From IMG/VR virus record IMGVR_UViG_2660238444_000003, positions 1 to 26,369 of that record: a stretch of 26,369 nucleotides of DNA. One strand, given 5' to 3'. Both the position numbers and the translations under genes were made by a program. Shown piece after piece: positions 9,249 to 16,669 of the stretch; position 1 is the stretch's first letter, and each line of letters begins with the position of its first letter. This DNA is from a virus (taxonomy: Duplodnaviria; Heunggongvirae; Uroviricota; Caudoviricetes). Below the pieces are notes generated by a model. It was not told the origin of the DNA. It searched no databases and saw only the letters and a list, made by a program, of their open reading frames with translations.

Positions 9249-9851
9249 AAGCAGCCGCTCCTTCTAATTCGTCTCGTCTGATGTTGTAAACGTCCTGCGC
9301 TTTTTGCTGCTCCGGTGTGCCTTCGAGCATCTTCCACGCTTTGGCGAACGCCTGTTTAAGCTCTTCCACGGTGTTTTTCTGCAATGCTGCGTCAGTGAAT
9401 GCTTTTAGAACCTGTTCAGGTGTAGGTGATGGTTTTGATTGCTTTACTGCTGCGTTCTGCTGATGTTTATGCTCGTCTGTATCTGCATCTTTCGCATCAT
9501 CAATGCCGAACAAACCATTAAGGCAATACTTGCGCGCATAAGAGCTTGTAGCTCCAGTAACTTGTGCAGAATCCATTCCTTTCTTGCTTTCTTCCTCTCG
9601 TGCAAGAGCGGTTGCCGTATGACTGTTTTCGCCATCGGTAATAGTTGCCGTGGCTTTCACGTAATACCGATCACCAATCAACACAACTTCATCGCTGATT
9701 GATAAAAACAGACCATTCAGTAACGGCTTAACGCCTTCAAGAATGTCTTCGCAGCTTCTGTATTTATATTTACCGAATGAGTTGTACTGATTCTTTGGCG
9801 CATTCAGATTCTCCTGAATAGCTGCCAGTCTTGCGTAAAATTCTTTGCTCA
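9247..9851 (-). CDS. erf: Erf-family single-strand annealing recombination protein (P22 Erf-like)
   Basis: MSKEFYARLAAIQENLNAPKNQYNSFGKYKYRSCEDILEGVKPLL... matches P22 Erf as recalled; start taken at the internal ATG of ORF 9247..9882. Confidence 0.8.
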
Positions 9852-9941
9852 TATGATTGTTCTCAGAATGGACACGGCCCAAGTAAATAACGCTGATTTA
9901 ATACTTCAGTCTTTGCCGCATTTAAAAATACGCGAACACCT

Positions 9942-10113
9942 TCACGATCTCCCTTCTGGCGATACATTAACGCCTGCTGCGTGTACATGCGTCTCTGTAA
10001 CTTGCTCTCCTTCACTGTGGTTGCAAGTGACATGAATATCTCCTTCGTTACCGATTAATTCTTTCATCTGACGAATGAATTCTTCGTCTGACCAGTTATC
10101 TGTAAAACTCATG
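9942..10113 (-). CDS. Hypothetical small protein in the kil position
   Basis: ATG overlapping the cIII stop; MSFTDNWSDEEFIRQMKELIGNEGDIHVTCNHSEGEQ...; lies between cIII and erf. Confidence 0.4.
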
Positions 10114-10278
10114 GACGGCCTTGTTGTTTCAAAATATCCCAAAGCTTTTCGAGCAAACTTTTCATTCTTGGTTGTTTAAAGTCTGCTCCGGTTAAAATGT
10201 TTTTTCGTGAATGCTGTACCGATAAAATCGGGTTGAAAGGGCGAACCGATGCCGCCCCTGCAATAGCGAACTGTTGCA
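10109..10278 (-). CDS. cIII: CIII-like protease inhibitor (FtsH inhibitor)
   Basis: 56 aa MQQFAIAGAASV...SLLEKLWDILKQQGRP; resembles lambda CIII (MQYAIAGWPVAGCPSESLLERITRKLRDGWKRLIDILNQPG) in MQ-AIAG start and SLLE...ILxQ-G-P core; internal start of ORF 10109..10384. Confidence 0.6.
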
Positions 10279-10462
10279 TAGGATGCTCCTTCTGTTTGAT
10301 TGCATAACGAAAACGCCTCGAGTGAAGCGTTATTGGTATGCATATAAAAAGGCCCTCACACTGGAGGGCAAAGAAGACTTCCAATAATCAGAACAAGTCG
10401 GCTCCTGTTTAGTTACGAGCGACATTGCTCACATAGCAGACTCGCAAATCTGCTATAGGTGC

Positions 10463-10621
10463 TTATTCGCATCGCATGACAACATCAAATTTTTCGAGAT
10501 TACTTTGTCGCAACAATCCTTCTTCTACGCGGTCAGCTTTTCTATAATTATCAAATTCGAAATGTTTAATTACTTCTTTCGTTTCTCGCTCTATAACTTC
10601 AACAATGTATTTCTTATTCAT
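10463..10621 (-). CDS. Hypothetical small protein (52 aa), translationally coupled
   Basis: ATG overlaps the TGA of the upstream gene; MNKKYIVEVIERETKEVIKHFEFDNYRKADRVEEGLLRQSNLEKFDVVMRCE; below the ORF-track cut-off, found by hand translation. Confidence 0.35.
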   Translation of the reverse strand: MNKKYIVEVIERETKEVIKHFEFDNYRKADRVEEGLLRQSNLEKFDVVMRCE

Positions 10622-10917
10622 CATTCTTCCCCAAGAGCTTTTCTGATTGCTGCAAGACCTTTATTAACAGCTCCATACCATTCTGGATATGTTGTCTTTG
10701 TTCTATTTTTGGTTTGCTTAAGTAATAACTGAAGTGCTTCGAGAAGGTCAGGTGCTGCCGCTATTAGATTGGCATCTTCAATGCATTGAACTTCCTCACA
10801 GATTGCAATATACGAACGCCAGCCTGCGCCATTTTCAAGTGAGTCTGCCTGGATGATTTTAATCTCACCGCCATCCATCATTATTTCCCACTTACCTTTA
10901 GTACCTTTGAATTCCAT
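10621..10917 (-). CDS. Hypothetical protein
   Basis: Internal ATG (MEFKGTKGKWEIMMDGGEIK...) of ORF 10621..10983, preceded by GAGGTGAAT. Confidence 0.5.
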   Translation of the reverse strand: MEFKGTKGKWEIMMDGGEIKIIQADSLENGAGWRSYIAICEEVQCIEDANLIAAAPDLLEALQLLLKQTKNRTKTTYPEWYGAVNKGLAAIRKALGEE

Positions 10918-10972
10918 ATTCACCTCTATGCTTGCTGCCAAAACAATGAACCATCCGGAAATTCCAGATAGT

Positions 10973-11197
10973 TCATAATTCACTCTTCAATACTTCCAAC
11001 TTACTAATCGCCGATAGATATCCGCGCTGATAGGGCATCATCATTCCTTCGAGCTTGCCACTTCTTAACTCCTCCCTGAGCAATTGTATTGCTTGATCAA
11101 TAACCTCTGCCTTAGCGTCCTTTATGGCTTGCTTGCGGGGCTTTGCTTTCTGCTTTGGCAGATTTCTCAAGCATGATGGAATGTATGTCTGATTCAT
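10973..11197 (-). CDS. Hypothetical protein
   Basis: 74 aa, ATG one codon after the GTG of ORF 10973..11200; GAGGT 5 nt upstream; immediately follows N. Confidence 0.5.
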   Translation of the reverse strand: MNQTYIPSCLRNLPKQKAKPRKQAIKDAKAEVIDQAIQLLREELRSGKLEGMMMPYQRGYLSAISKLEVLKSEL

Positions 11198-11200
11198 CAC

Positions 11201-11473
11201 TTACCTCGCCGTCAGTTGTTTTGATTTCCGGTAGCCTGCCGCGTAAATAGCTACGTTTGGCAGGCAAATACTTCCACTGCATTCATCTGCCTTCTTGCAG
11301 CGAAGGCTTCCGAGTGATGCTGCTTTATCTGCTCTGACGCAACCAGAGAGCTTTAGCGCAATTTTTCGCGCCAGTCGCTGCTCTTGCATTGCCTGTTCAC
11401 GTTGAGCCTGTCTGCGTGCTCTGCGGCGATTTCTGGCGTTATCGTCAGCCAGATATGTAATGACTACTGTCAT
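11201..11473 (-). CDS. N: N-like transcription antitermination protein (P22 gene 24 type)
   Basis: 90 aa from MTVVITYLADDNARNRRRARRQAQREQAMQ...; arginine-rich motif near the N-terminus as in lambda N (MDAQTRRRERRAEKQAQWKAAN); GGAGGTCAAC precedes the ATG. Confidence 0.78.
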   Translation of the reverse strand: MTVVITYLADDNARNRRRARRQAQREQAMQEQRLARKIALKLSGCVRADKAASLGSLRCKKADECSGSICLPNVAIYAAGYRKSKQLTAR

Positions 11474-11528
11474 GTTGACCTCCGATGAAACAACTTTGGA
11501 ATTGATAGTGATTGCAAAGTGGTTTCTG

Positions 11529-11547
11529 GCCCCTCGAACTGAGGGGC
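11529..11547 (-). promoter_or_regulatory. GC-rich hairpin in the N leader, about 55 nt upstream of the N start
   Basis: gcccctc / gaggggc stem with 5-nt loop; no U-run on either strand, so not a canonical intrinsic terminator; position recalls the processed hairpin in the lambda N leader. Confidence 0.35.
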
Positions 11548-12034
11548 AGAAAGAGCATCTCGCCACCTAATAGGTCAATGCTCGGATCGAGAGATTTAAT
11601 TAACCTCGGTTTTGAAGTTATGCATTCACATAAATCCTCCTGTTGCATGTGCAGCATTGGCTGTGTTTGGCGGCTGCATTTCGCCTATGGAATTGACTTT
11701 GGCGGTGACGCGCCGGGTGCTTATCTTCCGGTTGCCGTCGTGCAGCTGCACTTCACGTCACCCCAAAGCCAACTACTCTTTGACTCACACTCTCGCAGTG
11801 AGCGCGCCCATGCCATTGAGTCTCTGCCGCTTCATCGCCGCTGATAACCGGTGCGCGTCTGGCATTCGTGCTGCTTTACCGGAGCTACTTTTAATATATT
11901 GACCTTAACCCGATGCTAAGCAGGCTCGCTCAATGACGACTCAGGGCAGTATCATTACTGCTGCATTGCCTTTCGGCTGCGGTCTAACCGCGTTAGTGCA
12001 CCATTACGGCACCTCCTGTTTGGTTAAACTCAGT

Positions 12035-12075
12035 TCCCGCATTTCGGCGGGACAATCCCATCAATGTTAAAGAGC
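12035..12075 (-). promoter_or_regulatory. nutL (boxA GCTCTTTAAC plus boxB hairpin TCCCGCCGAAATGCGGGA)
   Basis: Minus-strand reading gives GCTCTTTAAC-15 nt-TCCCGCCGAAATGCGGGA; the boxB 18-mer is identical to the one after cro (nutR), and boxA matches CGCTCTT-type boxA. Confidence 0.7.
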
Positions 12076-12123
12076 CTGCCAATCTGTTCCGTTTGGCTTC
12101 CAGCGTCCTGCTGATGGCTAAAG

Positions 12124-12164
12124 AATACTGTAGGTATTTTATTGTGTAAATACCCAAGGTATTT
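12124..12164. promoter_or_regulatory. OL operator region (two palindromic repressor sites) overlapping the leftward early promoter
   Basis: aatacTGTAGgtatt (12124..12138) and aaataccCAAggtattt (12148..12164): AATAC...GTATT half-sites, same motif as at OR; located between the rex-position gene and nutL. Confidence 0.6.
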
Positions 12165-12295
12165 GTTTTTGGTGAAATAATGATAAACAAATGAATACAA
12201 AGGATATTTATTTTTTTCGGTGTCTGCTTGTTCAGTGCTTTTTATGCGGGATATGTGAAGTGGATCCCGATAGCTATTGCTGCCGGGATTATAGG

Positions 12296-12664
12296 TTAGT
12301 CAGCGAAGGTTAAGACGAGAATTACCTTAATGATGTCTGCTACAACAGACACGGCCATAGATAAACCAAAGACGATCCAAGCCACAGTGATGTCTTCACT
12401 ACCATCGTATAGAGTTCCGTAATCACTGGTGTAAGGCGTAAATGTCGCGCCTTGATACAATAGGTATAAGCTTGATCCATAGAGGATAAATGCAGATATC
12501 CCTTGTATTGCTATGATCACAAGAATCATGAAACGAGCTGATCTATGCGCCCAAGCCTGGCTTATTTTTTCTGATAGAGATTTCGCAATAAAAGCATGCG
12601 CTAAGCCGTAAATTGTCGAGATTGCCAACATCCCAAAAAAGCTTGCTATAGCGGTTCCAACCAT
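12296..12664 (-). CDS. Small multi-pass membrane protein in the rex position (candidate superinfection-exclusion / abortive-infection protein)
   Basis: 122 aa from ATG at 12664 (AAGGGG 6 nt upstream); several long hydrophobic stretches (e.g. FMILVIIAIQGISAFILYG, VAWIVFGLSMAVSVVADIIKVILVL); immediately downstream of cI on the same strand, between cI and OL. Confidence 0.6.
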   Translation of the reverse strand: MVGTAIASFFGMLAISTIYGLAHAFIAKSLSEKISQAWAHRSARFMILVIIAIQGISAFILYGSSLYLLYQGATFTPYTSDYGTLYDGSEDITVAWIVFGLSMAVSVVADIIKVILVLTFAD

Positions 12665-12681
12665 AAGCGCCCCTTGCGTGA

Positions 12682-13398
12682 TCAAACCAGCCTTAGTTTT
12701 GTCTCAATTGCAACGCCTATAATCTTGCAGTTTCCATTGATTGGCACGAGAGGCCATGCAGGATTAAGTCCCTTGAGGTATTTATTTCCGCCGTCGATTA
12801 TCAGCTTCTTGAATGTTGCTTCGTTAGAGTCAGAAAGTTTTGCTATGACCAAGCTGCCGTTGATCGCCTCCCTTCCGGTATCGAAAAGAACGAATGTTCC
12901 CTCTGGAATGCTTAACCCAACCGGTGCCGTCATTGAATCACCTTCCACTTTAAGCCAGAACGCATTACCTTGAATATGCGCGTCAGACTCAAGCCAAACA
13001 TCTATGTCTTTAATGGTGTATGGTTCGCATGCTTCACACCACGAGCCAGCCTGGATACTGCTTAACACCGGATACCTCTTTCCTGCTCTGTATTCCCCTG
13101 CATACCTTACGTTGGCATCGCTCTTAAGGCTTTCTGCCTGTTCTGCAACCTTGGCAGCAATTGACTGGCTAAAATCAGCAATTGAGACTTGCAACAGTCG
13201 TGCAAAACCAGATGCAACCTCAACGTTTAGCGCGTTTCTGCCATTAAGATAATGCCCTACCGCTCCTTGGGTGATACCCAGTTCATCAGCGATTGAGTAT
13301 TGGGTTATTCCCAATTCTTTCTTTTTTGACTCATACAAAGCCTTAAGCCGCTTAGCGTCTTCGAGCTGTTCTGTCGTCAGTGATTTTTTATTTTCCAT
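12682..13398 (-). CDS. cI: CI-type prophage repressor (HTH plus S24 autopeptidase domain)
   Basis: 238 aa; LTTEQLEDAKRLKALYESKKKELGITQ..., AG cleavage site (IQAGSW), FWLKVEGDSMTAP and FKKLI catalytic motifs; very similar in layout to lambda CI as recalled. Confidence 0.9.
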   Translation of the reverse strand: MENKKSLTTEQLEDAKRLKALYESKKKELGITQYSIADELGITQGAVGHYLNGRNALNVEVASGFARLLQVSIADFSQSIAAKVAEQAESLKSDANVRYAGEYRAGKRYPVLSSIQAGSWCEACEPYTIKDIDVWLESDAHIQGNAFWLKVEGDSMTAPVGLSIPEGTFVLFDTGREAINGSLVIAKLSDSNEATFKKLIIDGGNKYLKGLNPAWPLVPINGNCKIIGVAIETKLRLV

Positions 13399-13433
13399 AG
13401 CTTAATTCTAATAGCTAAGGTACTTAAACTAAA

Positions 13434-13474
13434 AATACCCTGAGTATTGATTGCTTTGAATACCTGTAGTATTC
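13434..13474. promoter_or_regulatory. OR operator region (palindromic repressor sites) with divergent PRM/PR promoters
   Basis: aatacCCTGAgtatt (13434..13448) and perfect 17-bp palindrome gaatacCTGTAgtattc (13458..13474) between the cI start and cro. Confidence 0.65.
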
Positions 13475-13504
13475 TTTGTTCATGGTTAATAACGGAGAGT
13501 GCAT

Positions 13505-13699
13505 ATGATTCGAATGACACTTGCCGATTACGCCAAAATCCATGGACAGGCTAAAGCAGCCAGTGACTTTGGTGTAATCCAGTGCGCTATCAGCAAGGCC
13601 ATTCTGGCAGGTCGTAACATTATGGTTACGGTAAAGCCTGATGGCAGTGTGATTGGAGAGGAAGTTCGTCCTTTCCCAAGCAACAAGAAAAACAAATAG
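13505..13699 (+). CDS. cro: Cro repressor
   Basis: [62 protein letters not shown] resembles lambda Cro ([59 protein letters not shown]); GGAG 7 nt upstream of the ATG at 13505. Confidence 0.85.
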   Translation: MIRMTLADYAKIHGQAKAASDFGVIQCAISKAILAGRNIMVTVKPDGSVIGEEVRPFPSNKKNK

Positions 13700-13706
13700 T
13701 AACACC

Positions 13707-13749
13707 GCTCTTTAACAGTCATGGTCCTCATTCCCGCCGAAATGCGGGA
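13707..13749 (+). promoter_or_regulatory. nutR (boxA GCTCTTTAAC plus boxB TCCCGCCGAAATGCGGGA)
   Basis: Located 8 nt after the cro stop; boxB 18-mer identical to nutL; a further GCGCAT/ATGCGC hairpin follows at about 13756..13775 (possible tR1). Confidence 0.75.
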
Positions 13750-13807
13750 ATACAACGCGCATAAGTTGATGCGCATAACTTCTTATTAGTTAAGGAAATA
13801 CTTACAT

Positions 13808-14086
13808 ATGCAACTTACAAGTACTCGCAAGAAAGCGAATGCAATTACAAGCAACATCCTGAATCGAATTGCTGTACGTGGTCAGCGAAAGGTTGCCGAC
13901 GCGTTAGGGATTAATGAATCGCAAATTTCGCGATGGAAAGACAGCTTCATCCCAAAAATGGGAATGCTTCTTGCTGTTCTTGAATGGGGTGTTGAAGACG
14001 AGGAGTTGGCGGAACTGGCTAAGAAAGTAGCCAGAATGCTGACAAAAGAAAAAGCCCCGAAGAACGGCGAATTCTTCGAGGCCTGA
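13808..14086 (+). CDS. cII: CII transcriptional activator
   Basis: 92 aa; ...NESQISRWKDSFIPKMGMLLAVLEWGVEDEELAELAKKVARMLT matches lambda CII (DKSQISRWKRDWIPKFSMLLAVLEWGVVDDDMARLARQVAAILT). Confidence 0.85.
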   Translation: MQLTSTRKKANAITSNILNRIAVRGQRKVADALGINESQISRWKDSFIPKMGMLLAVLEWGVEDEELAELAKKVARMLTKEKAPKNGEFFEA

Positions 14087-14120
14087 TGTAGAAAGACTGG
14101 ATCAATCCACAGGAGTAATT

Positions 14121-14282
14121 ATGACAAAACGTCGTAAGAAATACCAGGAAAAAGAAGAGATTCGACACCCTGATTCACCTGAGGGATTAGTGGTAGCCGC
14201 AGCAAATAACAGGGCGTTCGCAGAGCGCCTTGTTGGTGTTTACAGACTAGCCAAAGCAGGAGTGAAACATGGGCGTCGTTAA
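14121..14282 (+). CDS. Hypothetical small basic protein (53 aa) between cII and the replication initiator
   Basis: ATG preceded by AGGAGT; MTKRRKKYQEKEEIRHPDSPEGLVVAAANNRAFAERLVGVYRLAKAGVKHGRR; below the ORF-track cut-off. Confidence 0.3.
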   Translation: MTKRRKKYQEKEEIRHPDSPEGLVVAAANNRAFAERLVGVYRLAKAGVKHGRR

Positions 14283-15159
14283 GTTAGCTGATTACAGGCA
14301 TAACCCTGTACAACATCAGGAGGCATCCAGTATGGGGTATGTCTCTATACACCGCCAGTTTATGGACAGCAGGCTCTATAAGGACTCTCAGGCAGTACAT
14401 CTTTGGCTTCACTTAATCCTCAAGGCTAATCACGAATCTACTGTCGTCAATACGGATATCGGTCCGATAACTGTTGATCGCGGTCAGATGATAACTGGAC
14501 GCCCGTCGCTGGTCAGAGAAACATTCATCCCCGACAACAAAGTTCGGAGCTTATTACGGACTTTTGAGTCGAAAGGGATGCTTAATATTTGCTCGATGGG
14601 GAAGAAATTTAGCCTGTTTACAATCGTTAAATATGACGATTTTCAGGCAAAAAATTGTCCAACGGTTGTCCAACGGTTGTCCAATGCAAACACCAGTAAT
14701 GGCGCGGCTCTCAGCGGAGATTGTCCAACGGTTGTCCAACGGTTGTCCATAAACAATAATATAAATAATATCTCTAATACTGACGTATTAGAGAGTGCCA
14801 CAGCAGACAAAAAGTCTGACAAGAAAAAACCTTCCGTTAGCTGTCAGGATGTTGTCGATGCTTACCACGAAATCCTTCCTGAAGCGCCAAGAATCCGCGC
14901 ACTGAATGACAAGCGTAAAAACCAGATCCGAACGTTCTGGCGCAAAGCCGGAGTGATAACCCGCCAGCTTGACGGGCATGGGTTCACGATGCAGGACTGG
15001 AGAAATTATTTGAGCTACGTAGGCGAAAATTGCCGATGGATGTTCGAAGAACGCCCAAACCATCAACGCGGAACCGTCTGGCACAAAAAGGGATTTGATT
15101 TCCTGCTTAACGACAATACCTACCTGAAAGTTCGTGAGGGTGAACACGATGACAGATAA
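14269..15159 (+). CDS. Replication initiator protein (lambda O / P22 gene 18 analogue) containing the ori iterons
   Basis: 296-aa ORF upstream of the helicase gene, stop overlapping the helicase start; internal iterons encode repeated CPTVVQRLS; alternative start at 14332 (MGYVSIHRQF, preceded by CAGGAGG). Confidence 0.72.
   Translation: MGVVKLADYRHNPVQHQEASSMGYVSIHRQFMDSRLYKDSQAVHLWLHLILKANHESTVVNTDIGPITVDRGQMITGRPSLVRETFIPDNKVRSLLRTFESKGMLNICSMGKKFSLFTIVKYDDFQAKNCPTVVQRLSNANTSNGAALSGDCPTVVQRLSINNNINNISNTDVLESATADKKSDKKKPSVSCQDVVDAYHEILPEAPRIRALNDKRKNQIRTFWRKAGVITRQLDGHGFTMQDWRNYLSYVGENCRWMFEERPNHQRGTVWHKKGFDFLLNDNTYLKVREGEHDDR
14655..14750. repeat. Origin-type iterons: two clusters of three tandem 11-bp repeats TTGTCCAACGG, followed by an AT-rich segment (14751..14795)
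   Basis: Direct reading: ttgtccaacggttgtccaacggttgtccaa (14655..14684) and ttgtccaacggttgtccaacggttgtccat (14721..14750); in-gene placement as for ori-lambda in O. Confidence 0.7.
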
Positions 15160-16585
15160 TTTTTATGCGCCGCCCCATAGCATCGAGGCAGAGCAGGCGG
15201 TGATTGGTGGATTGCTTCTGGATGATGACAGCAGTGAGCGCGTCCAGAAAGTTCTGGCGATGCTGAAGCCTGATTCATTTTACAGCCGACCACACAAAAT
15301 CATTTTCGAAGAAATAACCAGAATGCACCGGGAGCAAAAGCCAGTAGATGGCCTGACGCTTTTCGATGAACTGGAGCGTAAATCGTTAACGGCGTCTGTT
15401 GGCGGTTTTGCTTATATCGCTGAGATCGCAAAGAACACGCCAAGCGCCGCAAACATCGTTGCCTATGCAATGCAGGTTCGCGAAACCGCAATGGAACGCT
15501 ACGCCATCAACCGCATGACTGAAGCGACGGAATTGCTCTATTCCCGCAACGGAATGACTGCAACGCAGAAGTACGAAGCTATTCAGGCGATTTTCACGCA
15601 ACTGACAGACCATGCAAAAACCGGATCGCGTCGCGGCCTTCGCTCATTTGGTGAGGTCATGGAAGACTGGGTTAGCGACCTTGAGAAGCGATTTGACCCG
15701 TCAGGCGAACAACGAGGAATGAGCACAGGGATCCCATCGCTGGACAGGATGCTGTCACCGAAAGGTCTGGTGAAAGGCTCTCTGTTTGTCATTGGCGCTC
15801 GCCCTAAGATGGGGAAAACGACGCTATACAGCCAGATGGCAATCAACTGCGCAGTGCATGAGAAAAAGCCCGCTCTGATGTTCAGCCTTGAAATGCCAGG
15901 TGATCAGATACTGGAAAAACTGGTAGGGCAGAAGTCTGGTGTTAACCCGAATATTTTTTACCTTCCGGCGACAAATGACGCTGATGACGGCTATCAGGGT
16001 GATTACGATGTTGACTTCAACAGGGCGATCGAAACAGCTAATCGTTTGAGTGAAATCGACCTGCTTTACATCGACGACACGCCGGGGTTATCTCTGGCTC
16101 AAATCGTTAGCGAAAGCCGTCGAATCAAGCGAGAAAAGGGATGTGTTGGCATGATTCTGGTCGATTACCTGACACTAATGACCGCTGAGAAGGCCGATCG
16201 CAACGACCTTGCTTACGGCATGATCACCAAAGGACTGAAGAACCTTGCCAAAGAGCTTGATTGCGTTGTTGTGCTTCTGACGCAGCTTAACCGCGCACTG
16301 GAAAGCAGAACCAATAAACGCCCATTACCAAGTGACTCACGAGATACAGGGCAAATTGAACAGGATTGCGATTATTGGGTGGGGATCCATCGTGAAGGTG
16401 CTTTTGATGACAGTGTTCCACCTGGTGAAACCGAACTAATCCTTCGTCTCAATCGTCATGGCAATACCGGCACGGTGTATTGCATTCAGGCAAATGGCGC
16501 TATTTATGACACAGACCAACAGTCTGCTGAAATGCGCCGACGTGAACGCGAGGAACCGCAGTCCAAGAAGAAAGGAGGATTCTGA
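15149..16585 (+). CDS. DnaB-family replicative DNA helicase
   Basis: MTDNFYAPPHSIEAEQAVIGGLLLD N-terminus typical of DnaB; Walker A GARPKMGKTT; about 478 aa from the ATG at 15149. Confidence 0.9.
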   Translation: MTDNFYAPPHSIEAEQAVIGGLLLDDDSSERVQKVLAMLKPDSFYSRPHKIIFEEITRMHREQKPVDGLTLFDELERKSLTASVGGFAYIAEIAKNTPSAANIVAYAMQVRETAMERYAINRMTEATELLYSRNGMTATQKYEAIQAIFTQLTDHAKTGSRRGLRSFGEVMEDWVSDLEKRFDPSGEQRGMSTGIPSLDRMLSPKGLVKGSLFVIGARPKMGKTTLYSQMAINCAVHEKKPALMFSLEMPGDQILEKLVGQKSGVNPNIFYLPATNDADDGYQGDYDVDFNRAIETANRLSEIDLLYIDDTPGLSLAQIVSESRRIKREKGCVGMILVDYLTLMTAEKADRNDLAYGMITKGLKNLAKELDCVVVLLTQLNRALESRTNKRPLPSDSRDTGQIEQDCDYWVGIHREGAFDDSVPPGETELILRLNRHGNTGTVYCIQANGAIYDTDQQSAEMRRREREEPQSKKKGGF

Positions 16586-16615
16586 TGACCATCTACATCA
16601 CTGAGCTAATAACAG

Positions 16616-16643
16616 GGGCTATTTACACAGTAGCCCTTTTTTA
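16616..16643 (+). terminator. Intrinsic terminator-like hairpin after the helicase gene
   Basis: gggcta / tagccc stem with 9-nt loop followed by TTTTTTATT. Confidence 0.5.
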
Positions 16644-16669
16644 TTGGATTAAGAACGAGGGGGATCCTG

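Noticed and set aside
9439-9702. ORFs 9439..9702 (+) and 9444..9635 (-) inside erf
   Set aside because: Embedded in or antisense to the Erf coding sequence, which has strong similarity support.
11512-11902. Plus-strand ORFs 11512..11844 and 11612..11902, and minus ORFs 11445..11657 and 11993..12190, in the nutL-N leader
   Set aside because: No ribosome-binding sites, implausible composition; the minus ORFs overlap the N start or the OL operators and nutL, and the plus ORFs run against the early-left transcript. Region treated as untranslated leader.
14655-14750. Tandem short repeats that could superficially be taken for a CRISPR array
   Set aside because: Repeats are only 11 bp, directly abutting with no spacers, lie inside a replication-initiator gene and are followed by an AT-rich segment: origin iterons, not CRISPR.
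15300-15846. Minus-strand ORFs inside the helicase gene (15300..15491, 15386..15613, 15583..15846)
   Set aside because: Antisense to a DnaB-like gene with clear Walker motifs.
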